From Eledone cirrhosa (lineage: Eukaryota): 64,000 nt of DNA. A program made the position numbers and the translations under genes. This document shows, piece after piece, positions 28,847 through 41,556 of this stretch (the first letter of the stretch is position 1; each line of letters begins with the position of its first letter). The stretch covers positions 155,558,001 to 155,622,000 of the forward strand of contig OZ024742.1 in the NCBI GenBank assembly GCA_964016885.1, read 5' to 3'. Under the pieces are notes generated by a model that saw only the letters and a program-made list of their open reading frames with translations, did not search any database and was not told the origin of the DNA.

Positions 28847-30197
28847 TTGTGCATGTGTGTGTGTGTGTGTGTGTATGTGTGTGTGCGCATGTATGTGTAT
28901 GCATGTGTTTGTGTGTGTGCGCATGTATGTGTATGCATGTGTTTGTGTGTGTAATACATTTTATATTACTAAAATCTAGAGCAGGATATCTAGAGTTTCT
29001 CCAAATAAATTAAAGATCTGAAATCATGGTAGACTTAATTCTAATTATCTAATTACAATTATAAAGAGTGTTTATTGATTAAAAATAATCATTAGTGAAA
29101 TTAAACAATTATTGTCAAGGAAATTTGGTTAATTGTTATAAATGCTTCAGTGTACATACATTGCCACTGCTTTTATATGTATAATGATTCTGTTTTTTTT
29201 TTGTTTTTTTTTGTCTTTTTGTTTTATTTGGTTTTGTTACTGAAATCAAATAGAGCGTCTTAAATTATATATTGTTGGTAAGTATTACTTGGCAATAACT
29301 GCCACTCTACCTTTGTACACTCATTCTCTATCTTACATTGTAGACTCTTACACTCCCTTATTTTCGTTTTTCTTTTTCTTTTATTCATTATAACTTCCCT
29401 ATACCTTACACAATAGTAATTTACCAAAAGTAATGAACCAATAATAATGTTGTTTTTAGTTAGACGAGCATCATTAGAAACATTTAGTAGAATAGGCGGG
29501 TGATTTATATTTCAGGATTTTAAGTTACATTATATTTCAGAATATTAAATCCAGGAAGAATGAAAAGTTATGTTAAATGTTGTACGAACTTATATTAAGT
29601 ATAACTTATTTAAATCGTTAATGTTGACTGGGGCAACTCACTTATCAGATACCAGAACAAGTTCACTTTTCTTTGAATATATTGCGGCCTTATTGCTCAC
29701 CTGCTTACCCTACCTTAGGGTATCACGCGGTAGCAATAGAGATTGATTAGAATATCTAAAATAAAAGAGGTAATACTCAACTTTGGACTCGTCATATTAT
29801 TCATGCGTCAAAGTATCGTAGCATGTATTAATACACCATAGACCGACAAAGGTGTACACGATCTAGCCATAACCAATGTTTTTCCTGTGTGTATTTCAAA
29901 TTTTACAACACAATTTCTACATAAAAATAAGAAAGAATATTTAAAACACAATTGACATCAGAATACATATAGTCTCTATGAAACTCGTATACACATGCCT
30001 TCCATTCTCAATAGATTTATTAAAATAGTAATTACTAATTTTAACTGATTTATTAAATGTTAACAGAAATAGATTATGTGTAATCCAAATAACACAAAGA
30101 ATTAAAATGCACCTAAACTCTTTCAGACACAGACAGACCTAGAGTCAGAAAGACACAATAACCCCCACTGTATATATATGTATATGTGTGTATGTGT

Positions 30198-30244
<47 letters not shown>

Positions 30245-30552
30245 TGTATATGTGTGTTTATGTGTGTGTGTATGTGTGTGTGTGTGTGTGTGCGTGTAGA
30301 TATATATATATATATATAAATATATTGTCTTATATAAAAAGCATGGCAAACTGGTGTCGCCTTCCTAGATTCAATGAGTTTTCCGACGTAAGGTTGATTG
30401 ACAGACGATCGAAGTAAGATAAACCTTATCTCCGGTGCCTCGGAGAACCTAGTATGGTATAAACCTGTTTGCTACCTATTTTATATGATATAGTATATTT
30501 ACCGCTATGATTATATATTGGGGTTCTTTGATTACAAACATACATTTAGGCA

Positions 30553-30632
<80 letters not shown>

Positions 30633-30634
<2 letters not shown>

Positions 30635-30821
30635 GGAAAAGAGTCAGGACTCCGAGAGATGAGCTCCGGGCATTTCGACAGCTCTAGATCTAGCTGTCAA
30701 AGCGGCCGCAGCTCAACCGTCGGGGTCCTGACTCTTTTCCTATTCCCAACTACTCCTACCCTAAGTATTGAGTACTCTGGTGCGTTATGGTCCACCTGGT
30801 TCCTTACCACACTTCCTTCGT

Positions 30822-30822
<1 letters not shown>
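30633..30822 (+). mobile_element. Solo Naiad-like 3' terminal module with fold-back (hairpin 30633-30752) between TA runs
   Basis: taggaaaagagtcaggac...gtcctgactcttttccta; tail accctaagtattgagtac..ccttaccac matches 45210-45290 (minus) and 60892-60965. Confidence 0.75.
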
Positions 30823-30862
<40 letters not shown>

Positions 30863-30867
30863 TTGTG

Positions 30868-30930
<63 letters not shown>

Positions 30931-31615
30931 TGTGTGTGTGTGAGTGTGTGTGTGCCCGCGTGCACGTGTGATTGTGTGCATGTGGATTTAATTTATTTAT
31001 TTATTTACACGATACACAACGTAAGCGGTAGTTTCTCTGAAACCGGAAAACCTTGTCATATCACAGACGCTTTTCTTTCGCTGGAGTGGAGGCAGAAAAT
31101 ATTGCTATTTGATTAAATGTGTCAATTATATTTCAATAGAACCTCATTAGCAACCAAATGACGAGAGATAAATCTCATGTACCAACTTAAGAATTCACTG
31201 TATACCATCTGCTCAAAGACATTAACTGTATTATGTGACGTTATGTTTACAACCTACGTACTAGCTACGTTGCTGTATAACCTTTTAGAATATTCTAAGG
31301 CAATAATATTATATTAACTGTTAAAAAAAAGCAAAACTTGATTTCGGACCCTGTTAGAAACAGTATTCAAACCCCACCGTTGAATCTTCAATATTTATTA
31401 AACGTTTTAAACGCTATGGTAAATTAATATGGCCAAGCCCTTTATAATGTCTCACCTGCTTGTATAAAATATGAAATGACTAGTAACAACTAATTCAACA
31501 GGGGTGATGAGGTAGTAATCCATATAACATTAGCTCACAAGTGCGTGGAGTTAATATATAATGGTAGAAAAATATAGAATGTGCCGTCATATATTTAGAT
31601 AGCATTATTTATTGA

Positions 31616-31805
31616 AGGGCGGTGAATTGGCAGTATCGGTAGAGGGTAGGACGCCATGCTTTCTCGCATAGTTACGTCCCTTTACAGTCTGAGTTCAAAA
31701 CCCATCGAGGTTAACTTTGCCTTTCCACCTTACAGGGTCGATAAAATAAAGTACCAGTAATGTACTGGATATTTTGCTGGTCTTGTGCCTAAAGTAGAAA
31801 CAATT
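31616..31805 (+). mobile_element. tRNA-derived SINE (octopus-type)
   Basis: A-box-like tggcagtatcgg, B-box-like gagttcaaaaccc, then ctttgcctttc..ggtcgataaaataaagtaccag; further copies in the window. Confidence 0.8.
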
Positions 31806-32189
31806 ATATATTGAAGCAGCTATTTAGGCCACAACATATACAAACATAGCAAATTATTTTGTTCCAGATGAAATATTTTGAAACACGTTTTCCAAAATAA
31901 ATGCACCATAATTAATAATACTTCTTTATATAAGCCAATAATTAATATGAGTCAATTACATTTGAAACTATACTGAGGTGTCAACAGTAGAGGTGTCAAC
32001 AGAAGGATAGTGTTTGAAAACATAGACCATAATAGTATCACTTAATATTCCAATACCATTTATGATGTCAGACAGAATATTTAATTCCGACTATTTCAGT
32101 TAAGAATTATGCAAATGCATATCGCGTAGAGCATCGGGAGCAACAAGTAATTAACAATTTCAAATTGTACATGCAACTGCGGAAAGAAA

Positions 32190-32900
32190 TCAATAATTGT
32201 TTTCGTTTTTGTCTCTGAACGTTTCGATTCGATGTTGGAAGATCGTGTTAAACGATGGGCTGAGCTGGCAACTTATCACCATCCTGGGAATACCTAAAGC
32301 CAATAAAGGGCAAAAAACAAACATGTCAAACTCCACATACAGGATAAAGTGTGAAGATTTGGTGGTTAAGGAAGTACTGTTTAGATATGCGAATATTATT
32401 GCACCGTAATTCAAAGAATTCCCTGAACAAACTGAGGCCGTTCAAATAAAATGGCAACTGTTCCGCTCAGCCGTTTCTGCTTCAGCTCTTCAATGATGCG
32501 GAAAAAAGTGATTTGGCGTGGAGCCAGGTAGCCAAGCGACACCGTGGTTCAATCATGTGGTGAAAGATTGAATCCGAGCAAATGAGTTGTCATACAAATC
32601 TTGGCTTAGAAATAAGTCCTCATTCTTGCGCTTGCGTTACAAACAGGCACAAAAGATCGCAACAGAATCAGTAATGATGTGCTGCGTTAAAACATGGGAG
32701 GAATTTTGAGTGAGACTGGAATTCAAATTCAGGTCAATATATATAATGTTCTGGTAGATTTTGCAATAAAATGTCCTCCTCACCGCCAGCTAAGAGAAAC
32801 GCATGTAGGGATCGCTTCTCTTGAACGAGGTGCATATTCGCAAGTTAGAGAATATTTTGCTCATCTTCTAAATCATTCGCGGCCAACTCCGCTCCAATTA
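32190..32900 (+). pseudogene. Decayed RTE-like LINE (end of APE domain plus linker)
   Basis: RVKRWAELATYHH (cf. RVKRGAELSTDHH), WQLFRSAV, CGKK, TPWFNHVVKD, YKSWL. Confidence 0.65.
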
Positions 32901-33109
32901 CCAGTATCACTTGAAGGAGATGCATCTATTTATGTATGGAGCCGTAACACCTGATGAAGTGGTAAGGGTCATGCAGTTACATACATTATGGCGAGGGCAT
33001 TTTTGTAAACCTGATGAAAAGCATTACTTGATCCAGAGAAGTTGAGATGGAGAAAGTAAAAGAGAGAGGGGTGAAAGAACGAGAACGATAGATATATAAT
33101 GTGTTAGTC

Positions 33110-33270
33110 AATCGATCGCAGTACTTGACTGGTTATTTGTTATCGAACTCGAAAGGATGACAGACAAAGATGACTTCTGTGTTTTTTTTTATTCAGAACG
33201 TAGAGATTCGGAAACAATAGCGCAGATTATTCTATCCGACGTTCAAACGTCTCTTTGAATTCATCCACTT
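33110..33270 (-). mobile_element. Decayed SINE copy
   Basis: Reverse-complement similarity to 31616-31805 (gaaaggatga..caaag..gac..tcagaacgta). Confidence 0.55.
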
Positions 33271-34433
33271 CACGGGTATAAGTTATTCCAAATAGCACGT
33301 TTTCCTTTTCGATTTATATTGTATGCTAGAAGAGAAAGTGAAAGGGTTTGGTTCTGCATAAATTACACAAATTACACATTGAGTTCACTTGATATATATT
33401 GAATCGACTTTTATGATAACATTCCACAATGATAACTTTCGTTTAATAAAAACGGTCTCAAAATATCAGAATAAAAATAATATTAAAAATTAGGGCCTCA
33501 TTATATATTATCGAAGGATGAAATATTATAGGAAAAACAACTAGAAATACACAACCTCAAACACACGCGCGCTCATTCACACACACATATATATATATAT
33601 ATATGTGTGTGTGAATGACAAGACAATAATACACTAAATGATTATCCTTCACCCACTTACTCCAGGGAGATTCATAAGAATCCAGCGCGTCATGTTTAAA
33701 GCAGCCATCTTTACTTGAACAAGCTGGATCCCTAAGCATGTTGCTTGGCGCCAAACCCTTAGACTCTTGTCGGTTGCTTTTACCAATAAAATCTGCCCAC
33801 CTATACTTTACCAAGGCATTCTAACCACATGTCCGTAATACCGAAGAAGTGGAGATGGATGTTCCCATAATTACACATTCTGAAATAAAATACCAGTAAA
33901 TTTAATGTGTAGCTTTGTACCAAGACTACAAACCATTACTAGTTCGTACTGAATTCACTAAGAATTCTTTATTTATATCATTCAGTAAAACAATTAATCA
34001 TACAACCTATATGAGCCACCCATTTTTGTGAGAGGTTTTCGAATTCCAAAGAATGAAATTATTCTTGAGGTGACTAATTCTTTATACTTAAGAAACTTGC
34101 TTTCACATGAGAAACTTACTTTCGCATGAGAAACTTACTTTCGCAAAACCAGAAAGTGCAGGGTCAAGTTGAGAAGTATGGGAGCATGTTCTTAATGGAA
34201 ATGTAAAATATACTTTAAATGTTGCAGACGTCTACAATGTAATAACAGCTTATACAAAGGCTTATATATAGAAATGGATATACATATAAACATATATTAT
34301 CATACCACTTAAATACATACAAAATGTGAAATATAAACATGTATACATGCATACATATATATCTATTTTACGCGGCTTAAATATCAATGAAAAACGATCT
34401 TCACAATTCTATACATCTCTCTTTTATTATCTC

Positions 34434-34546
<113 letters not shown>

Positions 34547-34899
34547 CTATCTCTCTCTCTATCTATCTATCTATCTATCTCTATCTCTCTCTCTCTTACT
34601 CGCTCTGAATATCTCTCTCCTACAGTCGCTCTCTATCTATCTCTTCGTCTTTTTTTCTCTCTTGAGAAATTAAAATATCTACATACATATCACTATGTGG
34701 TAGTCTTTCCGAAGAGTTGTATCCTTAATTAAAATCTCTACGTCTGGTACATACAGTCATATTGATTCAGAACATGTAAAATTGTTTAAATAATTTCCGA
34801 GTTAATCGGTTAGGAGTTTGAACATCATTTATATGAGCATCAACAAAATTGACCGATGCTGCAACAAGCACACACACCCATACACACACACACACACAA

Positions 34900-34938
<39 letters not shown>

Positions 34939-34942
34939 TATG

Positions 34943-34997
<55 letters not shown>

Positions 34998-35014
34998 ATA
35001 TATGGTGGGGTGGG

Positions 35015-35600
35015 GGTCAAAGTAACCAGAAACAGCAAAGGAAACAACATAGTACAATGAAGAAATATATTATTTTAACGCTTGAAATAATAGGAAAAGC
35101 GTGTTAATGTGTTGGTCACTAGTCCTTCATCAGAAGTGAAATATTATATGAAACAGAGAGCTAGAGATTGAGAAGAGAATACGACAGAAAAGAATCGGGA
35201 ATAAACACATATTTACATATTTAGTCAGCCATTTTGGAGCCACAGGAATCTAGAGATCCATTTATAGAGATGTGTAACTGGCAAGTACTCTTCGGATGGT
35301 TCCAGGCTCGTGCTAATATACATACATATATACATATATATATATATAGATGGGGGGGGGTATATGTGTCTGTGTGTGTGTGTATCTGTATGTGTGTGTA
35401 TCTGGCTGTGTGTGTGTATGTGTATGTGTGTATGTGTGTGTGTACGCGTATTTGTGTATGTGTGTGTATTCAAAAGGCAACTAGAATTAAAACAAACGTC
35501 ACAGTACAATGAATAATATATTATTAGTTTTATGCTTCTTGTAGTAGGAAAATTACATTTAACGTTTTGGACACTAGTCTTTCATCAAGAAATAGAATAA
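35015..35600 (-). repeat. Two diverged direct repeats, each ending in a decayed HHR-like motif (~35104-35135 and ~35560-35590)
   Basis: Minus strand: CTGATGA-aggactagtgacc-AACA and TTGATGA-aagactagtgtcc-AAAA-cgtt; same motif at ~19709 on plus (CTAATGA-aggactagtgacc-GAAA). Confidence 0.5.
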
Positions 35601-35837
35601 TAGATTATTGAAGAAATAAAAATTGACGATACAGACAGTGGCAAAAATGAAAACAGTGTTTAAGAGAACAGGGCTATTGGCGTCACCATCTCTAGGAAAA
35701 CTATTGATGAAGGCGTTTTATGTGAGATCGTCAAAGTTTAAATGGTTGTTTGCTGCAAAAGAAAAAAATTACGTTTTTGTATATATCTGTAATTGTACGC
35801 GTACGTTTACGTGTGCTTATGTGTGTTTGTTATTTCT

Positions 35838-36012
35838 TGGCAGTATCGGTAGAGGGTCGGACGCCATGCTTTCCAGCATAGTTACGTCCCTTTACGATCT
35901 GAGTTCAAATCCCGCCGAGGTTGACTTTGCCTTTCACCCTTACATGGTCGATAAAATAAAGTACCAGTAATGCACTGGTTAATTGCTGGCCTTGTGCCTA
36001 AAGTAGAACCAG
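35838..36012 (+). mobile_element. tRNA-derived SINE copy
   Basis: Close match to 31616-31805 with gagttcaaatccc B box. Confidence 0.82.
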
Positions 36013-36329
36013 TTATTTCACCGTATGAAGTTTAGAGAATATGTGTGTACATGTAAGTATAGGTGTCTAGTGTGTGTCTGCATGTGTGTCTGTGTGTGTG
36101 TGTGTATAGGTGTATGTGTGTGTGTGTGTTTGTAACTACGACGCTGTGAGCAAATGTGTGTATAAGATTGTGTGTGAGTGTGTGTGTGTATTGTTTTTTG
36201 TAAGTTCCCTGCTATGTAGGTTAGTGTAGAAGTGAGTGTGTTTTTGTTGGTCTGTATAAGCTGTTAGAGTGTGTTTCCGACCATAACAGACCCGTAAAAT
36301 CCTAGGGTGCAAATGTAAGTGCGCGTGTG

Positions 36330-37390
36330 TTATCGGAAGAGGTAATGGTTAACAACGGTTATAGGTAGAGAAGTAAGCACATGCGTATGTGTGTAACGCG
36401 GAAAATAGACTATGTTCAGTCCTTGTGTGTGAGGCCAGTGACCCGTGTAGTAAAAGGACAACAATGACTGAGGCATAGGGTTGAGTGGCTTGGAGAACGG
36501 AAATATCGAGCCACGAAGTATCTATGCCGAGTCATATGTCCCACAGGTGTTCAGCAAAAAGGTCCGGCACACGGGGTCCAGTTTCTCCGATGTATATAGA
36601 CGCGCAAAGGAAGACCAGAGTGCATAAAATACGTTTGTGGATGAACGTGTGAAGGAGTGGTGGATACGAAATGAACCGGTAGTGCTAGTGAGAGTTTGAG
36701 CTTATAAATATTGATTTCCTTATTAACCACAAGGTGTCCTAAGAAAGGAAGGGAAGGAACTATGTACTATAAGGTTGCGAAGATTACGGGCGTGCTTCAT
36801 TGCTATTATGAGTGAAGAAAGAAACGAGAAATGACGGGGTCAGAAGAGAGTGCGCAGAAGCAAAGGAGGATATGTCGCCGGAGAGGGAGGGTGTTCGATG
36901 GTACTGGAGTGGAAAAGGAAGACGAGTGTTACGAGGGCGGTGGTGAGATGAGATATCTGTGATAGACCGGTTTCACGGGCGTGGTGGTATGCAGCTTGGA
37001 TAAGAAAGGGGGGATATTTACGCTGGGTGAATCGGGAGACCATGTGTTGGAACTGCGCAAGAAATCGTAGTCCTGACTAAAGAGCCGACGTAAATGGTCA
37101 AATTGCGAGTAGCGTATGATGTGTATGGAGAGGGTGGGATGGGAAGGTGTGAATTTTAGATAGGAGTAGGAAACAGTGGGCTTATAGACGATGGAGTTAG
37201 AGTTTGTGTAGCGGGTGTGGTCAATAAACAGAAAGTTATCAGGAAATTGTAAGGAAGATTTGGAGGCAGAGGTGATGAAGTTGAAGGCAGGATAGAAAGA
37301 TTAGAGGCAAGAAACAAAGGAACCAGGCTATTCACGGGAAAGAGATGTTGTGCTGATAAAATCGTGGATGTAACGATCGCACACCTCAGG
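36330..37390 (-). pseudogene. Decayed PLE (Neptune-like) RT C-terminus plus GIY-YIG
   Basis: Minus-strand remnants RYIHD, VYKPTVSYSYL..SHP, YSQF..LRRLFS, RKYPP, IYIGETG..DLFAEH. Confidence 0.8.
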
Positions 37391-37391
37391 G

Positions 37392-37516
37392 ATCAAAAAC
37401 CACAAACCCTCCATCTCAATTCTTTTGAAAAGCACAAGAACTGCGAAACTGGTAAGGGAACCAAATAAATATATAAAAATAAGACTCCATTTGCATTTTC
37501 GATTTCAACAGTTTTT

Positions 37517-37554
<38 letters not shown>

Positions 37555-37912
37555 AAAAAGAGATGAAATCGAAAATGCAACTGGAGTCTTATTTTTTTTT
37601 TAAATATATATATTTATTTGGTTCCTTTACCGGTTTCTCAGTTCTTCTGCTTTTCAAAAGGTGAGTTGAGATGGAGGGTCTGTGTGGTTTTTCTCACATC
37701 AGATGTGAGAAAAACCACACAGACCCTCCATCTCAACTCACCTTTTGAAAAGCAGAAGAACTGCGAAACCGGTAAAGGAACCAAATAAATATATATATTT
37801 AAAAAAAAAATAAGACTCCAGTTGCATTTTCGATTACATCTCTTTTTCTTTATACTTTCACTCGTGTAGGACACCTCGGTTATTTTTCATTTTGTAAAAA
37901 AACCCTCACTTT

Positions 37913-37915
<3 letters not shown>
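37392..37915. mobile_element. Three short HHR-bearing pLTR-like units (+,-,+), the last two forming a palindrome centred at 37701
   Basis: gtggtttttctcacatc-a-gatgtgagaaaaaccac; HHR motifs at 37421-37458 (+), 37624-37661 (-) and 37741-37778 (+). Confidence 0.85.
37741..37778 (+). ncRNA. Minimal type I HHR, U3:A8 core, intact
   Basis: cctt-TTGAAAA-gcag-aagaa-ctgc-GAAA-ccgg-TA-aagg; palindromic ACCGGT in place of stem III. Confidence 0.82.
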
Positions 37916-37991
<76 letters not shown>

Positions 37992-38102
37992 TATATATTA
38001 TATATTTTTACCCATAGTCTTGCAATGCTATAGTGTATGTACACTCCATATTCTTCGTAGCTTCCGGCTTGTATCTGCCGACATTACTTCTTGTTGTTTT
38101 AA

Positions 38103-38149
38103 TTGCCCTGATGAGTCCTTAATAGGACGAAACATTGTCGGCTAATAAA
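38103..38149 (+). ncRNA. Canonical-core minimal type I HHR followed by AATAAA
   Basis: gcc-CTGATGA-gtcct-taat-aggac-GAAAC-att-GTC-ggc-t-aataaa. Confidence 0.88.
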
Positions 38150-38240
38150 GACTTTTGATGTATTGAAGGCTTCTTTGTTTTACTTTCTTAATATATATAT
38201 ATATATATATAAATACAGACACACACACAAACGCACGCAC

Positions 38241-38330
<90 letters not shown>

Positions 38331-38878
38331 AGAAGTAAATGTATATATATAAGGACGTGTGGTGAAAAATAAAAGGAATTTCCTTTTTCCTTTTTATATT
38401 CAAGATATCATTATTAATATCATCATCTTTCTTATTATTATTTATGGTTTCTCAAATATTTTTATTTTCTTAATCATTACCAAATATATTGTATCATCGG
38501 AGCAATCATGATAATGACGAGCTCTACTAATTGAGATGAAGAGACAATTCAATTAAAGAAGTATTAAAAGGTCATCAGAAATGAGGTGCCGTCTCCAAAG
38601 TAATGCAAGGAAATGGATTAAGCAAGAAAGACTTTAAAATAGATTTCTATAAAAATAATCAAACAAAAGACGATAACTGAAGAATGGCATGTTGTGATGG
38701 CTTATTGAATTTCTTATAAAAATATTATTCGTTTTGCGTGTGACAAACCATTATCTTCCTGAAAAAATATTTGAAGGTCTTCAAGAAAAATGTTTTTAGT
38801 ATGCATGTGTATATATATGCACGCATACAAACCGACGCGTGCACGCACACACACACACACAGACTCACACACAAGCGC

Positions 38879-38931
<53 letters not shown>

Positions 38932-38946
38932 AGTGTGTGTGTGTGA

Positions 38947-38977
<31 letters not shown>

Positions 38978-39652
38978 TGTGTGTGTGTAAGAAACACAGA
39001 GATGTATAAGATGAGTGATATTGTGTATGACAGAGACGGAACTTTTGTCCATATTCCGCTGCTTTTGCGTCTCTGCAATGAAAGGTATTTCAGAGACTTT
39101 GAAAACCTAACTTCGTGTATGCTATTCGAAACTAAACACTTATATATTCAATATATATCTTATAATATAATAAATTCAATATATATCTTGCAAAAAAGAC
39201 ACTGCGTTCCTAGGTTTCGTAAATGGAGGCATGTGTCCATGGAATTGTATATATATATATTTATGTACGTATGTATATGCGAGGGTTTGTGGTGTGTGAC
39301 TGTGTATGTGTGTCTGTGTGTATGTGTGTGCGTGTATGTGTGTGTGCGGTTTGTCATCGTCGGATATATTTTAAATATACTTTTTCTCAATAATTTCATG
39401 ATTAGTTAAAGTAGATTTCAAAAAAAACATATTTGGAAATATTCAAATTAAAATGCACGCATAATTGTTTTCACTGACAAAGCTATTTCTAAGAATTATC
39501 ATAAATGTCGTGCAAAGATTTTCTTTCATGAGTAACCTGTTTCTCTTTACATATAAACTGGCAGAAAAAATTCGTGCATATTTACATACATTTGCTATAA
39601 CTATACATTATCTCTATTAGTTTTACCTCTCTATCTTTTCTCACACACCTAC

Positions 39653-39814
<162 letters not shown>

Positions 39815-39821
39815 AATATAG

Positions 39822-39859
<38 letters not shown>

Positions 39860-39966
39860 CTAATATAGATATATATATACATATATATATATATATAAAA
39901 ACAAATAACGAAACGAAATTAAATTTCGTTTCGTTTGTAACTCACTTTTGTATGACTGACGCTTAA

Positions 39967-40082
39967 ACAATTAAGTTAAAAATGTACATCTACATATGCA
40001 TACTGAAATACTAGTGTGTATATGTGTATACACACTAGTATTTCAGTATGCATATGTAGATGTACATTTTTAACTTAATTGT
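39967..40082. repeat. Perfect palindrome, 56-bp arms, 4-nt spacer
   Basis: acaattaagtt...ctagtgtgtata-tgtg-tatacacactag...aacttaattgt. Confidence 0.95.
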
Positions 40083-40094
40083 ATATATATATAT

Positions 40095-40530
40095 AGTTAA
40101 AAGAATAGAGGTGTAACACACAAGTTATTATATATTGGTAAACGGAATAGAAAATGCTGACAAATTGTTCACAGTTGAAAAATGGTTTAATTAGGAATAA
40201 AAGAGTATTAGTGATTGTATGGGTTAGTATTCAGTTGTGGTTTTAAGTTTTTAAGTTTTTACCGGTTGCGCATTTCTAAATGCTTTTCAAAAATAATTTT
40301 GAGATAGAGTGTCCGTGCTGTTTGCTCTGATCAGAGCAAACAGCACGGACACTCTATCTCAAAATTATTTTTGAAAAGCATTTAGAAATGCGCAACCGGT
40401 AAAAACTTAAAAACTTAAAACCACAACTGAATACTAACCCATACAATCACTAATACTCTTTTATTCCTAATTAAACCATTTTTCAACTGTGAACAATTTG
40501 TCAGCATTTTCTATTCCGTTTACCAATATA
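40095..40530. mobile_element. Spacer-less ~400-bp palindrome made of two Neptune 3' ends
   Basis: Centre ctga|tcag at 40330/40331; arms match 10275-10510; HHR-like GCAA motifs at 40257-40293 (-) and 40368-40404 (+). Confidence 0.92.
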
Positions 40531-40555
40531 TATATATATATATATATATATAAGT

Positions 40556-40750
40556 TATTCCGGGTTCAATCGGGGTAATCACAGTAGTGAGGGACTCAAT
40601 ACAAAGTAGAGTATAAATGTTTTAACATAGAAAATCTTCTACAGGAGTAGAACTGTAATATAGAAGCCATTTCTATGTCAAATATTCATACTCTGCTATG
40701 TATTGAGCACCTTATTTACTGTGGTTACCCCCCGATCGAACCCGCGATAA
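40556..40750. repeat. Diverged fold-back element between TA runs
   Basis: cgggttcaatcggggtaatcacagta vs tactgtggttacccccgatcgaacccg; related to 21965-22068. Confidence 0.75.
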
Positions 40751-40762
40751 ACATATATATAT

Positions 40763-40896
<134 letters not shown>

Positions 40897-40954
40897 GAGC
40901 GAGATGAATTTGTTTTGCGAGGTTTTTTATATGAAATCGTGTGTCGAAACATAT

Positions 40955-41464
40955 ATTGTTATACTTGGTGAGGGACATAATGTTGTAATAATATTGCCAG
41001 AAATAATAACAGAACACACTCACTGTTTGGTTGGTTTTTGCTTCTGTATCTTTTATATCTCCACTGTTAATTCATTCGGTCCTCAATGTTTATCATTGAC
41101 TGACCAACGGTCAAATATACAGATATAATATAGATATAAACACATATATATAGTCTAACAAATTTCTCTCGTTGCACATCTGTAACATCATCAGTGTTAA
41201 TATTACGTTCCTTCTGTTGTATTGTATATCTACACCATGGTTATTTTATCTGTTTATTTATTTATTTATATTGTTAGACTATATATATATATATGTTTAT
41301 ATCTATATTATATATTTATTTTTGACCGTTGGTAAACATTAAGGACCGAATGAATTAAATGTGGAGATATAAAAGGTACAGAAGTGAAAACCAACCAAAC
41401 AGTGAGTGTGTTCTATTATTATTTCTGGTAATATTATTACACAAATATGACCCTCTCCAAGTAT

Positions 41465-41470
<6 letters not shown>
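40955..41470. mobile_element. Fold-back pLTR-like element (arms 40955-41161 and 41271-41470) with decayed minus-strand HHR at 41156-41199
   Basis: Arms are reverse complements; minus strand taaca-CTGATGA-t-gttaca-gatg-tgcaac-GAGA-gaaa-TT-tgtta. Confidence 0.72.
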
Positions 41471-41551
<81 letters not shown>

Positions 41552-41556
<5 letters not shown>

